Below are positions 14,436 through 25,200 of a stretch of 64,000 nt of DNA, one piece after another. The translations under genes were made by a program, and so were the position numbers. The DNA is from Thermodesulfobacteriota bacterium (GTDB lineage Bacteria; Desulfobacterota; UBA8473), in the NCBI GenBank assembly GCA_040757775.1, contig JBFLWQ010000007.1, positions 65,728 through 129,727 of the forward strand, read 5' to 3'. The stretch's first letter is position 1, and each line of letters opens with the position of its first letter. Under the pieces are notes generated by a model. That model worked only from the letters and a program-made list of their open reading frames with translations, did not search any database and was not told the DNA's origin.

Positions 14436-14512
14436 CCTAGCGCACCTTCGGTGCGAACCTGTAAGGGTTCGATAAATCGAACCCGCAAAGACGGGCATCA
14501 TAAATGCCGTCC
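14436..14512. other. Three consecutive stable hairpins in the divergent mscS / fmdB intergenic region (possible sRNA or cis-regulatory leader)
   Basis: CGCAC-CTTCG-GTGCG, then GGGTTCGA-TAAA-TCGAACCC (perfect 8-bp stem), then GACGGGCAT-CATAA-ATGCCGTC. Confidence 0.3.
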
Positions 14513-14646
14513 TTACAAGGAGGCTACCAAATATTTAAGAGATGTCAAGAAAAAAGTCCGCCATTAGGCGGATTAAATTTCTTGACAATAAACCTAAATT
14601 ACTGTAGTTTTACCGTTTATACAACCAAGTTCAGGGGAGGATGTGT

Positions 14647-14985
14647 ATGCCGATATACGAGTACCAGTGTAATCAATGTCAGAGGGTGATGAGTTTTTTG
14701 ATATTGAAGATTTCAGAGGCATCTACACTGAAATGCAAGGGTTGTGGAAGCAAGGAATTGAACCGACTGTTGTCCCGAGTTGCGTACCACAAATCAGAAA
14801 GTGACAGGATGGCAGAGTTCAGCACTAGCAAGCCCCGGGGAGAGGAATTCTATAAGGATTCCCGCAATGTTGGTCTATGGGCAAAGAAGAGGGCCCAAGA
14901 ATTGGGGGCAGATCTTGGGCCAGAGTTTGATGAAGTGGTAGACAGGGCCCGGACAGGTAAGATACTGGAAGACTACGACCTATAA
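14647..14985 (+). CDS. FmdB-family zinc-ribbon regulatory protein
   Basis: MPIYEYQCNQC...CKGCGSK gives two CxxC pairs with FmdB spacing. A GGGGAGG SD lies 6 nt upstream. Confidence 0.7.
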   Translation: MPIYEYQCNQCQRVMSFLILKISEASTLKCKGCGSKELNRLLSRVAYHKSESDRMAEFSTSKPRGEEFYKDSRNVGLWAKKRAQELGADLGPEFDEVVDRARTGKILEDYDL

Positions 14986-15109
14986 GGTTAATGAAGAAGC
15001 CTTTTTTATTACCGGCAGGTGAAGGTTGGGGAATGTTGATCTCAAAAGCGCCCTTAGCCTTTAGGATGCCGGTTTTTTTGTATAGGAGAGGTATAAAAAA
15101 TAATAGTGT

Positions 15110-16693
15110 ATGTCTGAAAATAAAGGTATCGCAAAAGCAGCGGGAGTGGTCGGAGCATCTACCTTCTTGAGCAGGATTTTAGGCTTCATCAGGGATATGG
15201 TGGTTGCCAGATATTTTGGCGCAGGGTTATCTGCCGATGCCTTTTTTGTGGCTTTTCGAATACCTAACCTGCTCAGGAGGCTGCTTGCCGAAGGAGCATT
15301 AACTGTCTCTTTTGTTCCTGTTTTTACCGAATACTTAACCAAAAAGTCCAAAAGGGATGCCCTTGAACTGGCAAATATATCCTTTACTGTTCTTTCAATG
15401 ATCCTCGTAGTTATATCAATAATGGGCGTAATCCTTTCTCCTCTGATCATAAGAATTATAGCCCCAGGGTTTATTCACACCCCTGAAAAGTTGGAACTAA
15501 CCATTTTTCTTAATCGCATAATGTTCCCTTACATATTTTTTATCGGTCTTACTGCCCTCTGTATGGGGGTACTAAATTCCCTAAGGCATTTTGCCGCCCC
15601 TGCCCTATCCCCGGTTTTACTCAATATCTCTATGATAATTACAGTCCTGTGCTTTTCCCGGTATTTTGATCCGCCGGTATTCAGCCTGGCTGTTGGGGTC
15701 ATTATTGGAGGGGGCCTACAGCTTATCTTCCAGGTTCCATTTTTAAGAGGCAAGGGGGTGAGGTTAAGGATAAACTTCAACTTTTCTCACCCTGCCGTAA
15801 AAAGGATTGGCATTCTCATGCTCCCTGCTGTCTTTGGGGTAGCGGTATATCAGTTTAATATCTTTGTTAGTACCCTTATTGCCTCCTTCCTCCCCGAAGG
15901 CAGCATATCATATCTTTATTATGCTGACAGGCTCATTGAATTTCCACTTGGGATATTTGCCGTAGCTGTGGGAACAGCCGTTTTGCCTGCCATGTCCCGG
16001 CACGCAGCCATGAAAAACTACGATGAGCTAAAGGGTTCCCTTTCCTTTGCTTTAAGGTTAGTGCTGTTTTTGACTATTCCCGCAATGGTTGGACTGATAG
16101 TCCTCAGGGTCCCCATCATTAGCATCCTTTTCCAGAGGGGAGAATTCGACTACCAGACTACTCTTTTGACTGCAAACGCCCTTCTCTATTATTCCCTTGG
16201 TCTGTGGGCAATTGCCGGGGGAAGAATTGTTGTCCCAACATTCTATTCTCTCCAGGATACGAGGACGCCTGTAAAGATCGCAATACTCACCCTTTTTGCT
16301 GACATCATCCTCAGCATTATTTTAGCCTTTCCTTTAGGGTTGAAACACGGAGGGATAGCCCTTGCCATGTCTATTTCTTCTACCATAAATATAGCGCTGT
16401 TGCTGATGGTCCTCAGGAAAAGACTGGGTAGTATAGGGGCAAGGAAAATACTTTTATCGGTATTAAAGGTTTCTGTCTCTTCAACAGCAATGGGGATTGT
16501 GGTCTATCTCTTTTGTTTCAGGATACCGTGGGATATGGTTTTGGGTATTAAAGAAAAAATCTTCACCCTAAGTGGTAGCATAATAATAGGGGCTGCCGTC
16601 TTTTTCTTATGTTCATATCTTCTTAAGTGTCAGGAATCCTATGCTTTTATTAAGATAATAAAAGAGAGAATAAGGAGGGACAGAAAGATATGA
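15110..16693 (+). CDS. murJ: Lipid II flippase MurJ
   Basis: N-terminus ...GFIRDMVVARYFGAG...AFFVAFRIPN and a 14-TM MOP-superfamily profile. Confidence 0.92.
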   Translation: MSENKGIAKAAGVVGASTFLSRILGFIRDMVVARYFGAGLSADAFFVAFRIPNLLRRLLAEGALTVSFVPVFTEYLTKKSKRDALELANISFTVLSMILVVISIMGVILSPLIIRIIAPGFIHTPEKLELTIFLNRIMFPYIFFIGLTALCMGVLNSLRHFAAPALSPVLLNISMIITVLCFSRYFDPPVFSLAVGVIIGGGLQLIFQVPFLRGKGVRLRINFNFSHPAVKRIGILMLPAVFGVAVYQFNIFVSTLIASFLPEGSISYLYYADRLIEFPLGIFAVAVGTAVLPAMSRHAAMKNYDELKGSLSFALRLVLFLTIPAMVGLIVLRVPIISILFQRGEFDYQTTLLTANALLYYSLGLWAIAGGRIVVPTFYSLQDTRTPVKIAILTLFADIILSIILAFPLGLKHGGIALAMSISSTINIALLLMVLRKRLGSIGARKILLSVLKVSVSSTAMGIVVYLFCFRIPWDMVLGIKEKIFTLSGSIIIGAAVFFLCSYLLKCQESYAFIKIIKERIRRDRKI

Positions 16694-17229
16694 GTAAAAC
16701 GGTTTATTCTGCATTCGATACAAATTTTGGCTGGTGCGGTATTGTTGGAAAAGAAGGAAGGCTTTTAGAGATACTCCCCTTCTTACCTACAGAAGAAAGC
16801 GTCTATTCGCGTATGATTTCAAAATACACAGGTATCGCTCTTTGTTCAGATTGTCTTAAGGAGACTAAAGAGGCTATCGAGAGGTACCTTGCAGGGGAGA
16901 TGGTGGATTTTGAATTTTCTTTGGATCTTTCTAGTTATACTGAATTCCAGAGAGAGGTTTGGGAGATAACAAAATCCATTCCTTATGGAGAGGTACGAAC
17001 CTATGGGTGGGTAGGTAAAGAGTTGGGTAATTCCATGTCTTCTAGGGCAGTGGGGGCCGCACTTGCCAAAAATCCATTGCCGATAGTTGTGCCATGTCAT
17101 CGGGTTATAAGATGCAATGGTGATTTAGGTGGATATTCAGCGGATGGTGGCATAGAGATTAAGGCTAAATTATTAAAGATGGAAGGACATAAATTTGACT
17201 CTAAGGGAAGACTATATATTTCTTATTGA
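16690..17229 (+). CDS. ogt: Methylated-DNA--protein-cysteine methyltransferase (Ogt/MGMT) with N-terminal extension
   Basis: PCHRVI active-site motif (IVVPCHRVIRCNGDLGGY). ATGA overlap with the murJ stop. Confidence 0.85.
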   Translation: MSKTVYSAFDTNFGWCGIVGKEGRLLEILPFLPTEESVYSRMISKYTGIALCSDCLKETKEAIERYLAGEMVDFEFSLDLSSYTEFQREVWEITKSIPYGEVRTYGWVGKELGNSMSSRAVGAALAKNPLPIVVPCHRVIRCNGDLGGYSADGGIEIKAKLLKMEGHKFDSKGRLYISY

Positions 17230-17268
17230 TTGCTTGACCAAAGGGCTTAGATTAGTTATATTATACGA

Positions 17269-18204
17269 ATGGAAAGTTTAATCAAAAATTTCTCACTGTA
17301 TCTGCAAATAGAGAAGAACGTATCAGAGAATACCTGCCGGAATTACATGAGCGATCTGAGGCAGTTTTTAAACTTCTTAAAAACCCAAAGGCTCTGTATG
17401 GGTAAGGGCAATAAGAAGATAGGTGTAACAAAGATAGACCATATTGTTATAAGAGCCTATTTAATGGAGTTGTATGGCAAAAATAAAAAGACTTCCATTG
17501 CAAGAAAACTCGCCTCCCTTCGGACATTCTTCAAATTCTTGATTAAGGAAGAAATACTCTCAATGAATCCAGCTGCTATGGTTACCACCCCTAAACAGGA
17601 AAAACATATCCCTGCTTTTTTGTCTGTTGATGAGATGTTCAGACTGGTTGAAAAACCTGTTAAATCATCCATCTTAGAATGTAGAGACAGGGCAATATTG
17701 GAGGTTTTGTACTCATGTGGTATTAGAGTAAGCGAGTTGGTGGGGCTGAATATTGATGATCTGGACTTTAGTTTGGGTATTATTAAGGTAAGAGGGAAAG
17801 GGAGAAAAGAGAGGATTGTTCCCATCGGGGGAAAGGCAATAGAAGCCCTGAAGAATTACCTTGAACATGTAAGTGAGCTGGAAGGAAAGCTCCCTGAAAG
17901 GTACTCTCAGGGAGAATTGGTAAGCCCTGTTTTCCTGAATTTCAGGGGTGAAAGGTTAAGCTCCAGAAGTGTTGCCAGGATAGTTAAAAAGTACGTCTTT
18001 CAATGCGGTATAATGAGAGATATCAGTCCGCACTCTATACGCCATAGCTTTGCCACTCATCTTTTAGATGCAGGAGCTGATTTGCGGGCAATTCAGGAGC
18101 TTTTAGGGCATAAGAGCCTGGGAACGACCCAAAAATATACCCATATAAGTATTGACAAATTAATGGAGGTCTATGACAAGGCACACCCCAGAAGTAAACT
18201 TTAG
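17269..18204 (+). CDS. Tyrosine site-specific recombinase XerC/XerD family
   Basis: R...HxxR...Y catalytic set: HSIRHSFATHLL, LGHKSLGTTQKYTHIS. Confidence 0.88.
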   Translation: MESLIKNFSLYLQIEKNVSENTCRNYMSDLRQFLNFLKTQRLCMGKGNKKIGVTKIDHIVIRAYLMELYGKNKKTSIARKLASLRTFFKFLIKEEILSMNPAAMVTTPKQEKHIPAFLSVDEMFRLVEKPVKSSILECRDRAILEVLYSCGIRVSELVGLNIDDLDFSLGIIKVRGKGRKERIVPIGGKAIEALKNYLEHVSELEGKLPERYSQGELVSPVFLNFRGERLSSRSVARIVKKYVFQCGIMRDISPHSIRHSFATHLLDAGADLRAIQELLGHKSLGTTQKYTHISIDKLMEVYDKAHPRSKL

Positions 18205-18250
18205 GAGAGGCGATGTGCCTCTTCCACAGGTTTTGGACATTTGGGAATTT

Positions 18251-18301
18251 CAACAGCGCGTTCAACAGCGGGCTTAAGCCCGCTGTTATGGTGCGCTGTT
18301 G
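18251..18301. promoter_or_regulatory. Nested palindrome upstream of hslV (candidate operator or structured leader)
   Basis: Perfect 24-bp palindrome AACAGCGGGCTTAAGCCCGCTGTT (18264-18287), enclosed by a 9-bp outer stem CAACAGCGC/GCGCTGTTG. Confidence 0.35.
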
Positions 18302-18332
18302 GCAATACCGTGAACAATAGAAGGATGTAGTT

Positions 18333-18860
18333 ATGTTTAAAGGGACTACCATTTTGTGTGTCAGGCATAAAGGGAAGATTGCCCTTGGTGGTGATGGGCA
18401 GGTAACCCTTAACGATACCATTATGAAACATGGTGCAAGGAAGGTTAGGCGTTTATACAACGATAATGTCCTTGCCGGCTTTGCCGGAACAACTGCGGAT
18501 GCCTTTACCCTGTTTGAGAAGTTTGAGGGTAAACTGGAACAGTATCATGGCAATCTGACCAGGGCAGCTGTGGAGCTGGCGAAAGATTGGCGGACAGACA
18601 AGATACTCCGCAGATTGGAAGCTCTACTGATTGTGGCTGACAAGGAGCATACCCTGATTATATCGGGTAACGGGGATGTTATTGAGCCCGATGAAGGGGC
18701 AATTGCTATAGGTTCAGGGGGAGCATATGCCTTAGCTTCTGCAAAGGCTCTCATAAAGCATTCTGATCTGGATGTAAAGAGTATAGTCGAAGAGTCCATG
18801 AGAATTGCAGCAGGCATCTGTGTTTACACCAATGACAGGATATTTATAGAAGAATTGTAA
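18333..18860 (+). CDS. hslV: ATP-dependent protease subunit HslV
   Basis: The Thr nucleophile follows Met at [21 protein letters not shown]. Confidence 0.95.
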   Translation: MFKGTTILCVRHKGKIALGGDGQVTLNDTIMKHGARKVRRLYNDNVLAGFAGTTADAFTLFEKFEGKLEQYHGNLTRAAVELAKDWRTDKILRRLEALLIVADKEHTLIISGNGDVIEPDEGAIAIGSGGAYALASAKALIKHSDLDVKSIVEESMRIAAGICVYTNDRIFIEEL

Positions 18861-18914
18861 CCGGAAGACAACTTATATTGAACGTCTTTAAATAAGTAGA
18901 CATTCAACCGAAAT

Positions 18915-18988
18915 GTCATTCCGAGCGAAGCGAGGAATCTCATAAAGATTGCCACGTCGTTCGCCTGTGGCGAACTCCTCGCAATGAC
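18915..18988. repeat. MITE-like repeat copy A (74 bp) with GTCATT..GAG / CTCGCAATGAC inverted termini, inserted between hslV and hslU
   Basis: Shares its termini and the internal blocks AATCTCATAA and AGATTGCCACGTCG with the element at 62670-62761, in opposite orientation. Confidence 0.6.
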
Positions 18989-19071
18989 TACCTTCTGATG
19001 TTATTTACTATGGTAGAATGGTTCCAAAATGACATGTTAGACGAAAGATTAATTAGTTGCTTTGAGGAGGA

Positions 19072-20436
19072 TTGATGTCAATTTTCAAGCCTAGAGAGAT
19101 TGTTGCAGAACTGGATAAATATATAATAGGACAGAAAAATGCAAAGAGGGCGGTAGCTATTGCATTAAGAAACAGATGGAGGAGACAACAGGTCCCGGAG
19201 GATCTTAAAGATGAAATTGCCCCCAAAAATATTATTATGATTGGACCTACAGGGGTCGGTAAAACAGAGATAGCCAGAAGGCTTGCTAAGCTTGCCCAGT
19301 CACCCTTCCTGAAGATCGAGGCGTCCAAATTTACAGAAGTCGGATATGTTGGGAGAGATGTAGAGTCTATGATTCGCGACCTTACAGAACTGGCAGTTAA
19401 TATGGTAAAAGGTGAAGAAGCAGAAAAGGTTCGCAGCAAGGCCAGGGAGATTGCGGAGGAGAGGGTTTTAGACCTATTACTGCCTTACCAAACGGGAATG
19501 AGAGGCGTTGGTGAGAAATTAACAAACGGGACAGATATTGAAGCTAAAAGTAATCAAATAGGCACCAGGGAAAAGCTAAGGGAGTTACTGCGAAAAGGGA
19601 AGCTGGATGAAAGAATTGTAGATCTAGAAGTAACTCACAGGAATATTCCTGTCATAGAGGTCTTCTCTGCATACGGCATGGAAGAGATGGATATAAACCT
19701 TAAGGATGTATTCAGCAACCTCTTTCCTGAAAAGACAAAGAAGAGAAAGCTTAAAGTCCCCGATGCGGTAAGCATCCTCTTCCAGGAAGAAGAGCAAAAG
19801 TTAATAGATATGGACAATGTCAGTAAGCTTGCTAAAAAGAGGGTGGAGCAATCAGGTATAATCTTCATAGATGAGATTGATAAAATTGCCGGAAGAGAAT
19901 CAGGCCATGGCCCTGACGTATCCAGAGAAGGGGTTCAGAGAGATATTTTGCCCATTGTTGAGGGAACAACAGTAACGACCAAGTATGGAATGGTAAAAAC
20001 TGATCACATACTGTTCATTGCTGCGGGGGCGTTCCATATTTCAAAACCTTCCGATCTTATTCCGGAGCTTCAGGGAAGATTCCCGATAAGGGTGGAATTG
20101 GATTCTCTTGGCAAAGAGGAGTTTATCAGGATTCTGACAGAGCCTCAAAATGCCCTGATAAAACAGTACACTGCCTTACTGAAGACCGAAGATATAAACA
20201 TGATTTTTAAAGATGATGCCATTGGTGAGATTGCCGAAATCGCCAGCTTAGTTAACGAGAGAACAGAGAATATTGGTGCCAGAAGACTGTACACGATTAT
20301 GGAAAAACTATTGGATGATATCTCCTTCGACGCCCCAGATTTAAATGATAAAGACATTGTTATAGATACTGACTATGTTAAAGGAAAATTGTTAGATTTT
20401 GTTAAAGATGAAGACCTGAGCAGATATATCCTTTAA
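19072..20436 (+). CDS. hslU: ATP-dependent protease ATPase subunit HslU
   Basis: [15 protein letters not shown], Walker [16 protein letters not shown], and a ClpX-like AAA+ module. Confidence 0.95.
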   Translation: MMSIFKPREIVAELDKYIIGQKNAKRAVAIALRNRWRRQQVPEDLKDEIAPKNIIMIGPTGVGKTEIARRLAKLAQSPFLKIEASKFTEVGYVGRDVESMIRDLTELAVNMVKGEEAEKVRSKAREIAEERVLDLLLPYQTGMRGVGEKLTNGTDIEAKSNQIGTREKLRELLRKGKLDERIVDLEVTHRNIPVIEVFSAYGMEEMDINLKDVFSNLFPEKTKKRKLKVPDAVSILFQEEEQKLIDMDNVSKLAKKRVEQSGIIFIDEIDKIAGRESGHGPDVSREGVQRDILPIVEGTTVTTKYGMVKTDHILFIAAGAFHISKPSDLIPELQGRFPIRVELDSLGKEEFIRILTEPQNALIKQYTALLKTEDINMIFKDDAIGEIAEIASLVNERTENIGARRLYTIMEKLLDDISFDAPDLNDKDIVIDTDYVKGKLLDFVKDEDLSRYIL

Positions 20437-20462
20437 GGTTTTCAGTCTGAAGAGAACTGGTT

Positions 20463-21344
20463 ATGGAAAAATTGATAGACAAGGCAGAGGTGTTAATAGA
20501 GGCACTCCCGTATATCCGAAGGTTTTATAATAAGACAATAGTTATAAAGTACGGTGGTCATGCAATGGTTGATAACGACCTGAAAGTTAATTTTGCCCTC
20601 GACGTCATCCTGATGAAGTATGTTGGTTTTAACCCGGTCATCGTTCACGGGGGAGGCCCACAGATCGGCAAGGTTCTTGAAAAGATGGGCAAACCCTCAA
20701 CATTTATCGATGGTATGAGGGTTACCGATCTGGAGACAATGGATGTAGTAGAGATGGTGTTGGTAGGAAAGATAAACAAGGAGATAGTAGGACTGATTAA
20801 TCATCACGGTGGTCAGGCAGTGGGGCTAAGCGGAAAGGATGGTCAGCTGATTAAAGCCAAAAAGCTTGATATAATAAAGCAAAAGGACGGTACAGATGCC
20901 CCTGAGATTATAGATATAGGGATGGTCGGGGAGGTGGAATCCATTAACCCCAATGTTATTGAAGCTCTGGACAGGAACAAATTTATCCCCGTTATTGCAC
21001 CTGTAGGTATAGGCAGCCAGGGAGAAACCTACAATATTAATGCTGACCTTGTAGCAGGGAAAATAGCCTCTGCTTTAAGGGCAGAAAAACTGGTATTGCT
21101 TACCGATGTAGAAGGCCTGCTGGATGAAAACAAAAGGTTAATTTCAACTATAGATTCAAAGAAGGTCAGAAAATATATCAAGGACAGTATAATCTCAGAA
21201 GGTATGATACCAAAGGTAACCTGCTGTCTGGATGCTCTGACAGAAGGGGTTGTAAAAACCCATATTATAGATGGCAGGGTAAAACATGCACTTCTTCTTG
21301 AGGTGTTTACCGACGTAGGTGTAGGGACAGAGATAGTTATGTAG
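20463..21344 (+). CDS. argB: Acetylglutamate kinase
   Basis: [10 protein letters not shown]...VHGGGPQI amino-acid-kinase motifs. Confidence 0.9.
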   Translation: MEKLIDKAEVLIEALPYIRRFYNKTIVIKYGGHAMVDNDLKVNFALDVILMKYVGFNPVIVHGGGPQIGKVLEKMGKPSTFIDGMRVTDLETMDVVEMVLVGKINKEIVGLINHHGGQAVGLSGKDGQLIKAKKLDIIKQKDGTDAPEIIDIGMVGEVESINPNVIEALDRNKFIPVIAPVGIGSQGETYNINADLVAGKIASALRAEKLVLLTDVEGLLDENKRLISTIDSKKVRKYIKDSIISEGMIPKVTCCLDALTEGVVKTHIIDGRVKHALLLEVFTDVGVGTEIVM

Positions 21345-21362
21345 AAAGTGGGGAGGATAAAG

Positions 21363-22028
21363 ATGGAACTTAAAGACGCCATAAGGAAAAGGCAGAGCAT
21401 TAGAGCATTTAAACCCAATCCCGTCCCAAGAGATATCCTGGTCAAGATAATGGAAGATGCCATTTTGGCCCCATCTTGGGGAAACACTCAGCCATGGGAG
21501 TTTACGATAGTTGGGGGTGATACGGCAAAGAGGCTTGCTGAAGAATTATCTAATAACCACGTGAATAAGGTTCCTTACAACCCGGATATTGGGATGCCTG
21601 AACAGTGGCCAGATTCTAATATGAATAGATACAGAGAGGTAGGTAAAGGGCTTTTTGAGGCCCTGTCGATAGAGAGAGAAGACAAGATAAAAAGGGATCA
21701 ACACTACGTAAATATGTTCAGGTTCTTTGGTGCCCCAAACGTGATCTACATATATATCGATAAAGAACTGGGAACCTATTCGGTCCTTGACGTTGGGATA
21801 ATTACCCAGAACATCTCGTTACTTGCAACTGATTATAGCCTTGGGACCTGTATCGAGGCCGCCGCAGCGAGATATCCTGACATAGTTAGGAAACACCTGA
21901 ATATCCCCAATTCTAAAAAGATTGTTCTTGGGATAGCCATTGGTTACCCCGACTGGGACTCTCCGTATAACAAGTTCAGAAGCAGCAAAGAAAATCTGGA
22001 TGCCCTTGTGAAATGGGTTGATGTGTAA
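21363..22028 (+). CDS. Nitroreductase family protein
   Basis: RQSIRAFKPNPVP...APSWGNTQPW motif. A GGAGG SD lies before ATG 21363. Confidence 0.8.
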   Translation: MELKDAIRKRQSIRAFKPNPVPRDILVKIMEDAILAPSWGNTQPWEFTIVGGDTAKRLAEELSNNHVNKVPYNPDIGMPEQWPDSNMNRYREVGKGLFEALSIEREDKIKRDQHYVNMFRFFGAPNVIYIYIDKELGTYSVLDVGIITQNISLLATDYSLGTCIEAAAARYPDIVRKHLNIPNSKKIVLGIAIGYPDWDSPYNKFRSSKENLDALVKWVDV

Positions 22029-22201
22029 TGCCAATTCAGACACTGGACTCCAGACGCTAGAGACCAAACTGATCTTCCCTCCTTTTAGTGGTTACATCGA
22101 AGAGCTTAAAGATGTTTGCATGCCTATACAACACCATCACCCCCTATCAACGACACCTCAGGGTTTTATACGATTCGAAAAAAGACTCTTGAAGGATATG
22201 C

Positions 22202-25200
22202 ATGAAAAACTTTATTACAAACAACAGCGAAACTAATCTAAGAAAACGCTTGATAGAATTGATTAAGAAAAGCGATGAATTAAAATTTTTGGTAGGGTTT
22301 TTCTATTTTTCCGGAATAAGAGAGTTATATGAGGGTTTAAAAGAAAAACCAGATATAACCATCAAGGTTTTAGTAGGGTTAAATGTCGATAAAACAAATT
22401 TCGGGCTTCTCGAATTTGCTGACCAGGATAAGCAGTTATCAGATGAAGAAAGAAGTTATAAATTTTTACAATCAGTTAAAAAATCGATTAATTCAGAAGA
22501 TTTTGATACACAGGAATTTTATCAGCAGGTGAGATTTTTTATTAAACTCATAAGCGATGGCAAACTAATCATTCGGAAGACATATAACCCGAATCACGCG
22601 AAAATTTATTTGTTTAAATTAGAAGAAGGCCAAGTCAAAAGGAACTTATTTATTACCGGAAGCAGTAATTTGACAAAAGCCGGAATCACAACCCAGGAGG
22701 AGTTTAATGTTGAGATAAGCGACTTTGGCTTTGATGATGCAGAAGAATATTTTGATAGATTATGGGATGAGGCAGTAAAGATAACCGAAGATGATGTCAC
22801 TAAAAGGAAATTAATAGAGACAGTTGAAAAAGAGACCCTTGTTAAAGATATTACGCCCTTTGAGGCTTTTGTTTTAGTCCTTAAAACCTATCTTGACTCA
22901 TTTGAACAAAAAGAGGTTGGGCAGTCGCTGATTAAAATATTAGAAGAAAACGGCTACACTACTTATCAATATCAGATTGACGCAGTAAAACAGGCGCTTG
23001 CAATTATAGAGAAAAACAACGGGGTTATCATTGCTGATGTTGTTGGTTTGGGCAAGACAATCATTGCCTGTGCCGTAGCAAGAGAATTAAAAAAACGTGG
23101 TGTTGTCATTTGTCCGCCAGGCATTGTAGGTGATAAGAACAAGAACTCCGGATGGATGAAATACACCGAAGAATTTCGGCTATATGATTGGGAAGTCAGG
23201 TCGCTCGGTGATTTAGAGAATATAGCCGATTTTGTGTATAAGGCAAGAGACATTGAAGTAGTGATTATAGACGAGGCGCATCGTTTCAGAAATCAGGACA
23301 TAAAGAACTATGAATATTTAAAAAACATCTGCCGCAATAAAATTGTTATTTTGCTCACCGCTACACCATTTAATAACAGGCCCGGCGATATCCTGTCTTT
23401 ACTAAAGCTCTTTATTACCCCAAAGAAATCGTCAATAACTTTAGAAAATAATCTTGTTGATAGATTCAGGGTTTTCAAAGGAACCTTTGATAGACTTGCT
23501 TACATAAGAAAGTATCATAGCTCTCCAAACGAATACAAAAGGAGAAAAGCAGAAGATTACTATAAGGGTCTTTTTGAAGAAGCATCTATAAATCTGTATA
23601 AAGTAAAACAGAGAGCACATTATCTTGCCAGACAAATCAGAGATGTGATAGAGCCTGTTACTATCCGGCGCAACCGCCTTGACCTGCAAAACAATCCTTT
23701 TTACAAAGATGAAGTCAAAAACCTCTCTAAGGTTAAAGACCCAAATGAATGGTTTTTTGAATTAACCAAAAAGCAGTCAGAATTTTACGACCAGATTGTC
23801 AGCCATTATTTTGGCGACCCTGATGAAGGCGGGCAATTCAATGGCGCAATCTATCGGCCATTTGAATACGAAGTTGAGCGTGAAAAAGTTATTGGTGAGA
23901 AACTAACTGAGAGAGAAAATTTTCAGTTTATCCAACAGCGCAACCTGTATGACTTTATGCGGAGGTTGATAGTCAAACGTTTTGAGAGTTCTTTCGGGTC
24001 CTTTGAACAGAGTATTAAGAACTTTAAAGAAATTACTGAGATTGCCCTTCAGTTTATCAATAAAACCCAGAAGTATATCCTTGACCGCTCTCTTTTATAC
24101 AAAATTTATGATTTGGATCTAGACCAGATTGAAGAATACCTGAAAGATTATTCTGAAAAGATAAGAAATGGAGATTACCCTAAAAACCATAAGATTTATG
24201 ATTTGAATAAATTGAAATACAAAGACGATTTCCTTGCCCACATAAACGCAGATTTGACTCTTTTTGATAATATTTTGAAAGAACTATCAGCCTTAAATTT
24301 GGTTAAAAACGACCCAAAGGCTGAATGCCTGTTGAAAAATATCAAGGATGTATTAAAACAAAAGCCCAAAAAGGGTGAGCCTAAGAGAAAAATTATAATC
24401 TTTTCTGAATATCTTGATACAGTCAGATATCTTGAGCCAATTTTGAAAAAACAGTTCTGCGAAAGATTGCTGGTAATAGGCGGAGACCTGTCGTCATCAA
24501 AGATAATGAATATAAATAAGAATTTTGATGCCTCATATGGCAGACGGGAAGATGAATATGATATCCTCCTTGCCTCTGACAGAATCTCCGAGGGCTTTAA
24601 CTTAAACCGTGCCGGCATGGTGATTAATTATGACATCCCATGGAACCCTGTCAGGGTAATCCAGCGCGTGGGCCGCATAAACCGTATCAGCAAAAAGGTC
24701 TTTGACGAGCTTTATATAGTGAATTTCTTTCCTACGGAAAAAGGTGCAGAGCTTGTAAAATCACGGGAGATTGCCAGCAATAAGATGTTTTTAATTCATA
24801 ACACCCTCGGTGAAGACGCAAAGATATTTGATATTGACGAAGAGCCGACCCCTTCAGGATTGTATGAGAGAATACAACAAAACCCGGACAATTTGGAACA
24901 GGAAGGCTTTTATACCAAAATGCTGACAAAATATCTGGAAATCAAAAGAGGAAATCCAGCACTTATTAAAGATTTAAAGAATTATCCGTCTCGTATAAAG
25001 GTTGCCAAAAAATATGGTGAAAATGAGCTTTTAGTCTTTCTTAAAAAAGGAAAACTATATATTCATAGCGTTAAATATAATGCTGAGAAAGACAACTGCC
25101 TGTCTGCAGTGCCTACGGCACAGGCGGGGATATATCAGCCAACCTTTGAGGAAGTCTTTGATAAAATCGTTTGTGATAAAGATGAAGAAAAACTTCCTTT

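Noticed and set aside
22018-22236. 72-aa ORF bridging the nitroreductase stop and the helicase start
   Set aside because: It overlaps the start of the large gene, has no SD and no motif. It is more likely promoter or leader DNA of the island.
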